A stretch of 64,000 bases of DNA from Eledone cirrhosa (lineage: Eukaryota), in assembly GCA_964016885.1 (NCBI GenBank), contig OZ024760.1, positions 8,184,001-8,248,000 on the forward strand. Reading direction: 5' to 3'. Within the stretch, counting starts at the first letter, position 1. Every line of letters starts with the position of its first letter. Of the stretch, positions 38,851 through 52,092 are shown in pieces. The notes below the pieces were generated by a model. It was not told the DNA's origin, did no database searches, and saw nothing but the letters and a program-made list of their open reading frames with translations. The position numbers and the translations under genes were made by a program.

Positions 38851-39418
38851 CACAGCATTGCCTCTGGGAATAGAGGATCCCTCAATTACAAATTTGCTGA
38901 ACTTGTATCATCATTCATCATTTCATTTTACGTCCACTTTTCCCTGCTTGCAAGGGCGGGACAGGAACTGATTCTGGCTTGATTTCTACAGCTGGATGCC
39001 CTTCCGAACACCAACCTCATTTACAGTGAGTGCTGGGTGCTTTTTTGCCGTGGCACCTCCACGACCACTTTTGCAGTGGAATGATAGGGACCCCAATCCC
39101 TATCATCTCATTTCTACAGCTGAGTAAACTGGAGCAATGTGAAATAAAGTGTTTTACTCAAGGAAACAACACATCACCCGGTCTGAGAATTGAACTCACA
39201 ACCTTTCGATTGCAAGGCCAATGCTCTAACCACTAAGCCATGTGCCTCCATTAGAAGTTAGAAATCAATATGTAATAGAGGGATCCTCCATCACCTCAGA
39301 CAATTTTGTCTCAAATACTGAAATTTCTTGCAAAGATTAAAAATGAATTTAAGAAGACAAGGTCTAGACATAAGCAAGATTTTAATTTCAAGTAAAAATA
39401 TAAAAATGCAAGCAGGAT

Positions 39419-39632
39419 TTAACCCTTTAGCATTTAAACTGGCTGTATCCAGCCAGAACTCTCACCTCTTTCTGTTCAAACCACCTGTAACAGGCCACTC
39501 ATACTGATGTTAAGGTATTGTTCTCAAAATAAGTAATATCAAAATCTCATAGATTCGATATTATGTGAGGTAAAGCCTTTACCGTGCAAATACAATAGTA
39601 AATATAGAGTAATGTAAATGCTAAAGGGTTAA
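39419..39632. mobile_element. piggyBac-like MITE
   Basis: 14-bp TIR ccctttagcattta flanked by TTAA. Confidence 0.7.
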
Positions 39633-40702
39633 TCTGTTGAGCCAAAGTCAAAGTAACATCATTGTTGTCATCAAAATATGGGCCCATGTTGTCAAGTTCT
39701 TTGCGGTAGGCCCTTGAAACTGATCACTGATCTGGGATCATGATTAGACAAACAACAACAACCTGAGACAACAACATTCTCATATGCAAGAAGAAGGTCT
39801 AAAATATACACAGCAGAATTCTCAACAAAAAGTATTTCTCATTATGAAAATTTGTCCAACTAGTGCCCCAGCATGGCCAGCAGGTGGGCTGCCATTTGCA
39901 TATAATAGTGAGAGATGGAGAGAGCGAGAGGGACGGAGGCAGTAACAATGGGAATTTGATTCTATTATATTCAGTGTTGTTAGGAAGTTTTTGTACAAAA
40001 CAGAAAGCAGAGGGGAAAGGAAAAAGGAGGGTGAAAAATATAAGAATTTAAAAAAAAAACTCCAAAAATAAAATATATATATGTATATGACTCTGGAATT
40101 TATTTAACCAGTCTTTTTCTTCTGTATTCCCACATATATCCTTATATCATCCTCATCATCATCATCAGATTAAAAATGTAGACTACTACTTCTTAGTTGG
40201 TTTCAACTCTGTCCACTGCTCTCAAGTCCCTCCACCGCGCATCTTGGTCCAACATTATCACCATGAGGTCCTGGACAGTCCAAAGTCCTTTGATCAAGTT
40301 GTCAATGTAGTTGTATCAGCATTTTCCTCTCCTTACAGCTCCATGAAATGGGTTCCAAAGGACTAATTTTGATGCTTCCAGTTCAGGGTGTCACACACAA
40401 TGACCAGATATGTGGAGCTATCTTTGCCTGATCTTTTCGCTGACTTTTGGCAGGTCTCTATAAAGGCATCTATTTGTCATATGAGACTCACAGAGGAGGT
40501 GATGAAAGAACGCGATGAGTGGAGAGATGCTGTGCTGAGAAAGGCCCGTCCAACCCATACAAGAGTAGAAAAACAGACATAAAAACAATGATGATGAAGA
40601 GCAGTGTGTCACACACGTTTCGTATTTAAAATATTCTTCTCCAGTGTGTTTCATTGTGTCTATTTCAGTGACTGTTAAAGATAAAAGATTTCCTCACGTA
40701 TT

Positions 40703-42370
40703 TCACAATAGAAGGTTATTATCTCCTGTGTCACTACATTTATGACCAATAAGATTACAATTAACAGAAAACGATTTCCCACATATTTCACAATGGAAAG
40801 GTTTTTCTCCTGTGTGACAACGTTTGTGGATTACAAGATTAGAATTCTGAGAAAAAGATTTCCCACATATTTCACAATCAAAAGGTTTTTCACCAGTGTG
40901 ACTACGAACATGTTTTACAAGATTAGAATTACTAGAGAAAGATTTCCCACATATTTCACAGTGGTAGGGTTTTTCACCTGTGTGAATTCTTTTATGAACT
41001 ACAAAAGACGATTTATGACTAAAAGATTTATCACATATTTCGCAAACATAAGGACTTTCTCCAGTGTGTTTTTTTGTGTGTCTTATTAAAGCACTTTGAT
41101 AGACAAAATATTCTCCACATATTTCACAGTGATATTTTTTTTCTCCAGTATGACTACGTTTATGACTTACTAGATAAGATCTATCAACAAATGATTTCCC
41201 ACATATTTCACAATGATACGGTTTCTCTCCAGAGTGTATTTTTTTGTGTCTATCTAAATCCCTATTTTTGATAAAAAATTTCCCACATATTTCACAATAA
41301 CATGGTTTGTCTCCTGTGTGACTATATTTGTGACCAATAAGATTACAATTAACAGAAAACGATTTCCCACATATTTCACAATGGAAAGGTTTTTCTCCTG
41401 TGTGACAACGTTTGTGGATTACAAGATTAGAATTCTGAGAAAAAGATTTCCCACATATTTCACAATGAAAAGGGTTTTCACCAGTGTGACTACGAACATG
41501 TTTTACAAGATTAGAATTACTAGTAAAAGATTTCCCACATATTTCACAGTGGTAGGGTTTTTCACCTGTGTGAATTCTTTTATGAACTACAAGAGATGAC
41601 TTATCATAGAAGCATTTATCACATATTTCACAAACATAAGGACTTTCTCCAGTATGTTTTCTTTTATGTCTTATTAAAGCACTTCGATAAACAAAATATT
41701 CCCCACATATTTCACAGTGATATGGTTTTTCTCCAGTATGACTACGTGTATGACTTACTAGATAAGATCTATCAACAAAGGATTTCCCACATATTTCACA
41801 ATGATATGGTTTTTCTCCACTGTGTATTTTTTTGTGTCTATTTAAATCACTGTTTTTGACAAAAGATTTCCCACATATTTCACAGTGACATGGTTTCTCT
41901 CCCGTGTGTTTATGTATGTGGGTTGCAAGTCTAGATTTGTCAACAAATGATTGCCCACATATTTCACAGTGAAATAGATTTTCCCCAGTGTGTATTTTTT
42001 TATGGATACCAAGATGGGAATTATTACTGTATGATTTTCCACATATTTCACAATGATAGGGTTTTTCTCCTGTGTGAGTTCGTTTGTGTCTTGTGAAAAG
42101 ACTGTTATAAACAAAAGACTTTCCACATATTTCACAGTGGAAAAGTTTGTCTTTAGTATGTTTGTGTTTGTGTGTGGAGATTTCATCTTCTGATGAGAAA
42201 GTTTTCCTACAAACCTCACAGCTATATTCAGGAATATTTCTGTGTAACGACCCTTGTTCAGGACATGTTTCACTAGGTAAAGGTTTCTTACCTCTGTATG
42301 TCTGTGTTACTGTTTCTATATTGGTAGAAACAGGTGTTATAGAAATGTCCAATTTTTTAATGCACTCCAT
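40703..42370 (-). CDS. C2H2 zinc-finger protein A (555 aa, 18 fingers, last incomplete)
   Basis: Tandem CEICGKSF..H..H fingers with TGEKP linkers. Single coding exon; acceptor at about 42387. Confidence 0.9.
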   Translation of the reverse strand: MECIKKLDISITPVSTNIETVTQTYRGKKPLPSETCPEQGSLHRNIPEYSCEVCRKTFSSEDEISTHKHKHTKDKLFHCEICGKSFVYNSLFTRHKRTHTGEKPYHCEICGKSYSNNSHLGIHKKIHTGENLFHCEICGQSFVDKSRLATHIHKHTGEKPCHCEICGKSFVKNSDLNRHKKIHSGEKPYHCEICGKSFVDRSYLVSHTRSHTGEKPYHCEICGEYFVYRSALIRHKRKHTGESPYVCEICDKCFYDKSSLVVHKRIHTGEKPYHCEICGKSFTSNSNLVKHVRSHTGENPFHCEICGKSFSQNSNLVIHKRCHTGEKPFHCEICGKSFSVNCNLIGHKYSHTGDKPCYCEICGKFFIKNRDLDRHKKIHSGEKPYHCEICGKSFVDRSYLVSHKRSHTGEKKYHCEICGEYFVYQSALIRHTKKHTGESPYVCEICDKSFSHKSSFVVHKRIHTGEKPYHCEICGKSFSSNSNLVKHVRSHTGEKPFDCEICGKSFSQNSNLVIHKRCHTGEKPFHCEICGKSFSVNCNLIGHKCSDTGDNNLLL

Positions 42371-42499
42371 AGTAATTCTTAAAAGCTGAGAAATATCTGT
42401 GATTACAATCTATTATAGTTCAGTTCTGTGTGTTAGATATCATGAGACTATATTTATTTATATGTGTGCAAAATGCAATGTTTATCTTCAAATATTATC

Positions 42500-42620
42500 T
42501 TCATTGGCAGCTCACCTAACAGAGGTAACTGGTAATGCTCATGAGGGCACTTGGTTGTTCCAGCGCATCAGCCTTGTCATCAGCCGAGGTAATGCTGTGA
42601 GCGTGCTGTCTTGCCTCAAA
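42500..42620 (+). mobile_element. CRE/NeSL-like non-LTR C-terminal relic
   Basis: WLFQRISLVISRGNAVSVL motif. Confidence 0.5.
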
Positions 42621-42729
42621 AATTATTAGAGAGATTTCCCAGTGCTCTTTGCAATACTGTTATCTTTTGCTCTGGTAGCGATTTGTTTGTCCACCCTTTT
42701 GCCTACCTTTTGTTGTATGTGGTCCTAGA

Positions 42730-43041
42730 TCAGAGATTCCCAATGTGGGGCGCATGCTCCACAGGGAAGCAATTTGAATATTCAAGGGAGGGAATTTAAA
42801 AATGATATTAATCAGAGCAAACATCAGGTTTTGCCTTATTACTTTTACACCAAGGCAACTTTCGAACAAATTACTGTCGGAAACTCCTGTCTCACCTCCT
42901 CCACACATTATTGTGAATCTGGCATCACCCATACGCCAATTTATTTACACTTTGTAGTTGATCATCGCTGTTTTTGTATCAAAGTGAGGTATAAAAATGT
43001 TTGAGATGTTGAGGTGGGGCACAAAAGGTTGGTAAACACTG
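42730..43041. mobile_element. hAT-like MITE
   Basis: Imperfect TIRs cagagattcccaa / ttggtaaacactg and a degenerate 8-bp TSD. Confidence 0.4.
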
Positions 43042-43645
43042 TCTTAAATATATGTATTACCTGCTTGTGTTTTTTCTTTCTTTTTTTCCTTTCCCTTTTA
43101 AAAATTTTTTGCAATGTTATTTATACAACACCTCAGTAAATAAAATTATACAGTTCTATACATCCCAAGAATTCTTGTTGACTGGGTCCTCTACTAGTGA
43201 GAGATATATATTGTAGTTATAAATAATGCTATTACTACGTTAAGAAATATGGATATTATTTAATGGAGGGTATGTAGTTTAAAAAATATAGGCTGTCCAT
43301 AAATAACTGGAGGTGGACGTTGTTCTGGTGAAATCGTTCTACTACAGGTGATCAGGGAATTCTCAGCTGACACAACTGTAAAGTAAGAAAATATATGACA
43401 ATGTAAGGCTGATGTCAAGGAGAGAAAATTATGTGCGTGTGTGTGTGTGTATATTATATATATACGAGGGTCGGCTGAAAGGTTCATAGGTTGACGAACA
43501 TACTCTTTTGGAATGACCAAATGAGGTTTATTTTTCAATTATTAATCAGAAGAGTTAAAATTAATGCATGCAAGATTTCACAGCTTTAACATCACTCCCT
43601 CATAGTCAGCCTATGAGGTTTTCAGCCGACCCCCACCCCCTCCCG

Positions 43646-43692
<47 letters not shown>

Positions 43693-44839
43693 GAGCTGTC
43701 CAATATACATGTTAGAGTGACATGGTGTGTGTGTGTATATATATTACATATAGGTGCCTAATAAGCGATGTCTATATATATATATATATAAATGTGTGTG
43801 TGTGTGTGTGTGTGTACAGTCTTAATACATCAGGATTGTTTACCAAGGAAATGTAGAAAAGTACAAAATATCTGATGTATTGACAATCTAAATAATACGT
43901 ACTTTATATTTCAAGTCCAAGTAATGAAGGATCAGCAAATCTCAACGTTCCTACGTTGCCAATAAAAACCTATTTCTCGTTGACCTGTATTTACGAAGTA
44001 GTGTAGTTTGTAATGAAATGAAACATTTAAGAATGTACGTGATGGAACATCTACCCTGAAACATTTAGATCACCCTATGTTATCTATAGACATTAATGTT
44101 CAACTTAACATAGGATAAATGCTACACAATATATAATTAGATTAATCAAAGTGATAATTACGATAACATATATATATAGAGTCGTTAACAATGTTTACGA
44201 AGTCTTAATGATACCGGTGACACATGTTAAAAGTCGCTTGTATAATTTATAAATTTATAAATTCTCTTCTTCGATATTTTCCATCGGGAGATTATGTTAC
44301 ATGTAAAAAGAAATACAAAAGAATAGTAATTTGTAAAATAGTTTTAAGGAAGACATATAATTTAACAACCTAATATCAATATAGAGATTTATTTTTAGCA
44401 ATATTTTCGTACTTACGTTCTTTTTAAAATGATCTATGAGCTTCGGTGGTGTGAAAACGATAAAATAATGAATACAACTTTAATATAATATATAACATTA
44501 GATGAAAATAATATAATGATAGTATATTTATTAACATATATTTGTCTATATGTATGTACGGAGACGTACCTCCTGATAGCGTTGTAGGAGAGCCGTCTTG
44601 TCATACAGTCCTTTCTAAGATGTAGCAGTTCCAACAGGGAAGTGGATGAATCCCTACTGCAGTGGAGGAAGCTGGGTTTGTGAGTTACTAATGCATGCCA
44701 GGCTTCTGTCTGCTACTAGTACAATGTAACACAGTACAACTTGCTGTATGATCAGGTCAGGCTTCTGCCTGCTACTGGTACCATGTAGCCCAGTACAACT
44801 TGCTTCATGATCAGATCAAGCTTCTGTCTGCTACTGGTA

Positions 44840-45350
44840 CCATGTAACCTGTATTCTTGTAGCAGTTGACAATGACACTGCTGTGCCAATCATTCGGTAT
44901 GATGCCATTTAGTATTACTTGGTTTACAATACGTGTGGTTAAAGTGTGACCTACTGACCCAGAGGCTTCTAGCATCTCAGCAACTATTCTCAATGGACCA
45001 GCTGCTCTCTAGGTCTTTATATCCTTAATTGTTTTACTTACTACTCTACTTCAGACTTGTACGGCTAGGCCCTCTGTTCTTCCCTTTTTTCCTTGCCTGT
45101 CTCTTGGCCTTAATTGTCACATCTACCTTATTGTTCTACCACCAGGTCATTCTTCTCTCTGTAGTCCTGATCCATCCACAAATCTCATCTGTCGCCTTCA
45201 GTAGATTATCTTTCAGAAACCCCCCAATGTGCTTCTATATTGAATGACTATCTGTTCTTCCTTACTGTCATAAGGGTCGAGCAAAATATCTCTAAATATG
45301 TTACTGGCGGAGGGCTCTTTCAGCTCCCATCTCCTCCAGTTTTCCTCCTG
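44840..45350 (-). mobile_element. RTE LINE reverse-transcriptase relic
   Basis: AEMLEASG...GIIPNDWHSSVIVNCYK. Confidence 0.65.
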
Positions 45351-45688
45351 TCATATCATCATCATCATTTTACGTTCGCTTTTCCCTGCTTGCAAGGGTG
45401 GGACGGGAACTGATTGTGGCTTGATTTCTACAGCTGGATGCCCTTCCTAACACCAACCTCATTTACAGTGAGTGCTGGGTGCTTTTTTGTCGTGCCACCT
45501 CCACGACCACTTTGCAGTGGAATGATAGGGACTCCAGTCCCTATCATCTCATTTCTACAGCTGAGTAAACTGGAGCAATGTGAAATAAAGTATCTTGCTC
45601 AAGGAAACAACACATCACCCGGTCTGAGAATAAATATAAACCTTTCGATTGCAAGGCCAAGGCTCTAACCACTAAGCCATGTGCCTCC

Positions 45689-45729
<41 letters not shown>

Positions 45730-46357
45730 AACATATATATATATATATATATACACATATATATATATATGGCCCTACCTTCCTCATGACAAATCCATCC
45801 ACCTCCTGAAATACAGATCCGATTATGTGCGGCCAACTTTACTGGCGCTAGAGTCTGGTGGCATGAACACAATGTTGCTCTGACCAACAGCAAAGCAGAC
45901 GTGATGATAGCAAGGACTACAGTCTACAGCCAAAATTATTGTTTCTACTTTAGACACAAGGCCAGCAGTTACCCAGTGCATTACTGGTACTTTATTTTAT
46001 CGACCCCGTAAGGATGAAAGGCAAAGTCAACCTCAGTGGGATTTGAACTCAGATCGTAAAGGGACGTAACTATGCTAGAAAGCATGGCATCCGACCCTCT
46101 ACCGATACTGCCAGTCTATAGCCAAAATAATAGTCCACAAGCTAAGATGTAAGAGTAAATGTGTCAACAATTAAGTAGAGGAACTTTTCCTGGAGCCTAC
46201 AAACTCAACCAATCAGAAAATGGATACATTTACTACTAGAACTTACTAAGAGAAGAGATTCAGAAATACATATATCTGCTGGCATCACAACTGGATGGTA
46301 ATACATGACCAACGACATATCCCCATGATTGCATAATTACAACTATGATTGTATGAA

Positions 46358-46406
46358 CATCTGATGAAGTCACATGTATAATCATGTAACAGAAATATAT
46401 ATCATG
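46358..46406 (+). ncRNA. minimal type-I hammerhead ribozyme-like motif
   Basis: CAU-CUGAUGA-A GUCACAUG uauaau CAUGUAAC A-GAAA-UAUAUA-UC-AUG, followed by AAUAAA. Confidence 0.5.
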
Positions 46407-46903
46407 CAATAAAGCAATTATGGTAAAGTAACCATATATATATATATATATATATTTATTCTCAGAAAGTCCCAAACAAGGCATGAAGCCACTTAATGTA
46501 AGGGACTATGAAGGAGGAGAAATTAAATCAAAAGGAATGAATTTACTTTAAACTTGAAAGAGTTCAGGTCATAAGAAGGAAGAGGAAAACAATGAGATGG
46601 AAGAATATTGATTTCTTTATTTATGTAGTTAGAATATTGATTTCATTATGAAATTAAAACATGAAAAAGGTTTGGAAAAACAACACTTTTCTTTCATTAT
46701 ATTTCCCTCAGTTATTCTACTTATGAGATGGTTGTAATGACCTGTGCAACACCAGGTAACTCAACGTATGTATAATAATTATATTTGATTTGAAACATGC
46801 CTGATTATAATCAGGCATGTTTCAAATCAAACAGACAAACTTTCAATTCTATTAAAAAAGATAAGGTGTTTCATTCATGGCATAACTTTTCCCATCAATG
46901 CCG

Positions 46904-47935
46904 TTATTTTTCTGTATCCATACAATTGTGTTTAGTTAAATGATGCTTCTGAGAGAAAGATTTACCACAGATATCACAGTGATATGGTTTCTCTCCTGTA
47001 TGAACACGTTGATGAATAGTTAAGTGACCAGCTCCAGAAAATGATTTACCACAGATGTCACATTGATATGGTTTTTCTCCAGTATGAATACGTTTGTGAG
47101 TAGTTAGTGTATCATTTCGAGAGAATGATTTACCACATATATCACAGTGGTATGGCCTCTCTCCTGTATGAGTGCGTAGGTGAATAGTTAAGCTACTTAA
47201 CAGAGAGAATGATTTACCACAGATATCACAGTTATGTGGCTTTTTTCCTATATGAATATGTAGGTGAGTATTTAATGTATCATTTCGAGAAAATGATTTA
47301 TCACATATATGACAGAGGTATGGCTTCTCTCCTGTATGAATACGTTCGTGAATAGTTAAGCTACTTAACACTGAAAAAGATCTACCACAGATATCGCAGA
47401 TATGTGGCTTTTCTCCTGTATGAATACGTTGGTGACTAATTAAAGAACCTTTTTGAGAGAATGATTTATCACAGATATCACATTGATATGGCTTTTCTCC
47501 TGTATGAATGTATTTGTGATTTGTTAAGTTACAAGACAAAGAAAATGATTTTCCACAGATATCACAGTGATATGGTTTCTCACCTGTATGAATACGTTTA
47601 TGAGTAGTTAAGTTAAATGACTGAGAGAATGATTTACCACAGATATCACAGTGATATGGTTTTTCTCCAGTATGAACACGCTTGTGATTAATTAAATTAC
47701 TTGTTACAGAAAATGATTTACCACAGATATCACAGTGATATGGCCTCTCTCCTGTATGAATACGTTTGTGTGTAGTAAAGTCACTGTTTCCAGGGAATGA
47801 CTTACTACAGATATCACAGTGATAAAGTATTTCACCTGTGTGAGTACGTTTGTGTGTAGTAAAGTCACTGTTTCCAGAGAATGATTTACCACAGATGTCA
47901 CAGTTGTATGATGCTTTTTCTATAACTTTTGACAT
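46904..47935 (-). CDS. C2H2 zinc-finger protein B (343 aa, 12 fingers)
   Basis: ATG of [17 protein letters not shown] at 47935; tandem CDICGKSF fingers; acceptor atttcag at about 48057. Confidence 0.88.
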   Translation of the reverse strand: MSKVIEKASYNCDICGKSFSGNSDFTTHKRTHTGEILYHCDICSKSFPGNSDFTTHKRIHTGERPYHCDICGKSFSVTSNLINHKRVHTGEKPYHCDICGKSFSQSFNLTTHKRIHTGEKPYHCDICGKSFSLSCNLTNHKYIHTGEKPYQCDICDKSFSQKGSLISHQRIHTGEKPHICDICGRSFSVLSSLTIHERIHTGEKPYLCHICDKSFSRNDTLNTHLHIHIGKKPHNCDICGKSFSLLSSLTIHLRTHTGERPYHCDICGKSFSRNDTLTTHKRIHTGEKPYQCDICGKSFSGAGHLTIHQRVHTGEKPYHCDICGKSFSQKHHLTKHNCMDTEK

Positions 47936-48734
47936 TTTTTTACAGGAAAAAACTATCAATCAATTACGTTTTCCCCATAATTCATTCTTTGATGATTTTT
48001 ACTTCTCTGTCATCAATATATGGATATTTTTCTTGGTTTTGTTTATATAAGGTATTCTGAAATAATAAAGAAACATTATGAGATATAGAGATTATTTAAA
48101 AACTAAAGATACAATGGTGAACATTTTACATTTCCTTTTTGATAAACTACAGACATAAATATTTAAACTTTACACATATAAATATTTTACTATATAGACA
48201 TATATATATATTCAACTTTACAGATATAAATATTTTACTATATAGACATATATAGATATTTATTTTTACAGATATAAATATTTTACTTTACAGATATAAA
48301 TATCTAACATTAGAGACATATATATATTTAACTTTACTTTTTAATTTGTTTCTTTATACAAGTTTGTGGGAAGTCTACATATTTGTAACGTATATCTACA
48401 CCTTCAGATTATGTAAACTTATATATATATTAAACTACAGCTATACCTCCAGATTATGTAATATTATATATATATTAAACTACAGCTACACCTCCAGATT
48501 ATGTAACTATATTTGTATATCATTATGTATAGATATTGATTATACGAATTTTCAAGTAAAATTCTTTGAATAACTCGATATATAACTCTCTTGAAAAATG
48601 TGTAAGGAGTTAAAAATGATTTAAATCTTAATTTTCCCATCTCTCTATATCTGATTATATATATAAATATATATGAATCAGTAGAGGAGCTAAAGAATAA
48701 ATTATGGATATGGAAACATCAGTTGGAATCAAGA

Positions 48735-49600
48735 GGACTGAGAGTGAACCTACTAAGACTAAAGTATTGATAAGTAGGAAAGTGGACAAAACTCTGATTC
48801 CATCAGGGAAATGGCCATGTTCGATATGTAGAAAAGGAGTTGGTATAAATTCTATAGAATATACACAATGCAGATCTTGGATACACAAGAGGTGTAGTAG
48901 GATAGCAGGCAAACTAACAAGTAGGGAAAACTACATATGCAGTATATGTTCAGGGAAATTTGATAGTAGAAGTGGCAGTGATAGACACATTTTTCAAATG
49001 CAGGTAGGTTCTATAGAAGTGTTGATAGCATCCGATGCCTAGGTGATCAGATTAGCAAGGGAGGAGTGTGCTCCGAGGCCATAGTATCTAGAATAAGGAC
49101 GGGTTGGAAGAAGTTTAGGGAGCTGCTTCCTCTGTTGACAAAGAAGGGTTTCTCCCTACGAACGAAAGGCCGATTATATGATGCCTGTGAGAGATGCGTG
49201 ATGTTGCATGGTAGTGAGACATGGGCAGCAACTGTGGAGGATATGTGACCGTTGGAGAGAAATGAAGCAAGTATGCTCCGTTGGATGTGCAATGTCAATG
49301 TGAACGACCAAGCATAGACGATTTGAGAGAGAAACTGTGGTGTGTGGGAGAGAAGATTGCGTTCGTATGGACATGTGATGCGCATGGAGGATGACCGCTG
49401 GGTAAAGAGGTGCCAATAAATCCCAGTGGAAGAAAGACGCTGTAGAGGAAAACCACGAAAGTCATGGGCGGAAGTGGTGAGAGCAGACCTCAGGTCACGG
49501 AAGCTCACAGAGGAGATGACGAATGGAGAGATGCTGTGCTGAAAAGGAGCCGTCCTACCCTTTCGAGCAAGGACAAGCGGACGTAAAATGATGATGATGA
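48735..49600 (+). mobile_element. RTE-clade LINE 3' fragment, degenerate
   Basis: KTKVLI..WPCSICRKGVGINSI..CRSWIHKRCS, RIRTGWKKFREL, HGSETW, GKPRKSW and a (GAT)n tail. Confidence 0.8.
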
Positions 49601-49606
49601 TATATA

Positions 49607-50112
49607 TCTATATATATAAAGTTGTATTCCTGTCTGTTTATTTGTTTGTTTGTTCACAAACTCCTCCTATGGTTTTGGAGATAGACCCCCCATAACCATA
49701 TATATTCTGAAACTACATTGTCCAGGGTACTTGGATAAGTTATTTCATTTTAATCAAAGGGTTTCCCGGGGGCACAAACCCCCGCTGAAAATTATTCCCT
49801 TCGATTTATATGAAATTTTTTAAACCAACAAATAAAATAACAAGATATGATGCCTATTGACAAAAATTTTGAATTGATATTTTTAAAAAAATTATTCACA
49901 AGAAACGAAATAAGAATAAGATTTAATAATGTAATTTTGATTTGATATATTACAAAAAATAATGTTTTCCAATTTTTCATGCATTACATTTTACATTGAG
50001 TAATATTGAAATGCAGAGTTTTTCTCCATAAATTATATCACTGATTTAAATTCAATCATTTTCTTACAAAAAAAATGTGTGAAACGCAGCAAGGCGCGGG
50101 TAATTCGTCTCG

Positions 50113-50113
<1 letters not shown>
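49607..50113 (+). mobile_element. non-autonomous Helitron-like element
   Basis: 5' TCtatatatataaa, then (TTTG)n, and a 3' GC-rich hairpin followed by a CTAG-like end (ctcg). Confidence 0.4.
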
Positions 50114-50144
<31 letters not shown>

Positions 50145-51935
50145 TCCAGTATTGTAAACGCTAACCTTCTATAATATAATATATCATTCACTAATAAAAT
50201 AGTGGTTTCCCAGTGTGACTATATTTGTCTGTCTATGTATATTGTTGTCCAATATATGATGTATGTATACATCTATATTCGTACAGTCCTAATACATCAG
50301 GATTGTTTACCAAGGGAATGTAGAAAAGTACAAAATATCTGATGTATTGACAATCTAAATAATACGTACTTTATATTTCAAGTCCAAGTAATGAAGGATC
50401 AGCAAATCTCAACGTTTCTATGTTGCCAATAAAAACCTATTTCCCGTTGTCCTGTATTTACGAAGTTGTGTAGTTTGTGATGGAATGAAATATTTAATAA
50501 TGTACGTGATGGAACACCTACCCTGATGGATCACCATATGTTATCTATACACATTAATGTTCAACTTAACATAGGGTAAATGCAACACAATATATAATTA
50601 GATTAATGTATAATGTTATCTAAGCATTTGTAATGTTATTTATGTATATATTTAAAACATATTTGTTACGTTATTCTACTGTAAATTTATTTATATACTT
50701 TGTATTTGTAATGTTAATTAGATGAATTAAAGTTATAATTACGATTTCACACGTGTTAATGACACCGGTGACATGTTGAAAGTCCCTGGTATAATTTATA
50801 TACATTCAGAAACATTTTCGGTTTAATAAATTCGCTTCTTCGATATTTTCCATCAGAAAACATTGAAGAGGTGAATGATATAACAATGTTATGGTAATTT
50901 GTTAAATAGTTTTAGTTTTGGGGGAAGAAAAAATATATCCTTGGACGTGTTGCCACCCCTGGAAATAATCAATAATTTAAGTGCGATACTGAATTAATTG
51001 CATGCTTTGTTATTTGATAGACTAAGCTTTAATTTCAAGCTTTCTTGTTATTTTACGTTAGGCAATCAACTCCACCACCAAAATTAGTAACCCTATAACT
51101 TGGAGATTGTCAAATATTCTAATATTTCAGTATTTAAAACAACGAAGTACGATAGATTTATAAACATATTAAATGTTACTGAAGTGTTTGTGTTCGATGT
51201 ATTAAAAGTACTTACAGGATGTTATCGTGACCTATGTTGTTAATAAAAGAGGTTTGGAGTAGAAAATACCTCGAAGTTCACAAAGAAGTCACGAAGACAT
51301 TTTTACAACCTAATATCAGTATAGAGATATATTTTACGGTCGTATTTTCGTATTCAAATTTTTTTTTATCGAATCTTGAACTCTGGTGGTGTGTAAACGA
51401 TGAAATAATGAAACAATTTTAATATAATATCTAACATTAAATAACAATAATATGACGACTGTATATCTATTATCATATATGTGTCTATAGGTATGTATGG
51501 AGAGGTAACTCCTGATAGAATTGTTTCTACCTTTTGGCACAAGGCCAGCAATTACCCAGTGCATTACTGGTACTTTATTTTATCGACCCCGTAAGGATGA
51601 AAGGCAAAGTTAACCTCGGCGGGATTCGAACTCAGAATGGCAAGGGCCGTAACTCTGCGTCAAAACATAGCGTCCGACCCTCTACCGATACTGCCAATCC
51701 ACCGCCATCATTACACATAATTGTGAGAAAGACAGTGTGTGAAGGGGAGACCGAGGCCGCGAGTGCCTGTAATTGTATGTGAGAGAGAGTATGAAAGAAT
51801 GGCGTTTTCGATGATTGTTATTCTTGAAGGGTCCATTAAAGAATATCAACCATCAAAAAGTCATTCTTATCATTTTTCATACATACTTTACTGTAACCAG
51901 TAGTTTTATACATACATACATACATATATATATAT

Positions 51936-52092
51936 ATACGATATTAACAAATGGAAACTATATTTATAAAACTGATCTATATTATATTTTATCTGATGAA
52001 AGCACACCATAATTTAATTTGGTGTCCTTGAAATATGTATAATGAAATAAATATGGTTTTATAAATATAGTTTCCATTTGTTAATATCGTAT
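51936..52092 (+). mobile_element. 157-bp element with perfect 37-bp TIRs enclosing a hammerhead-like core
   Basis: TIRs at 51936-51972 and 52056-52092; CTGATGA at 51993, 9/10-bp stem II, GAAA at 52030. Confidence 0.6.
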
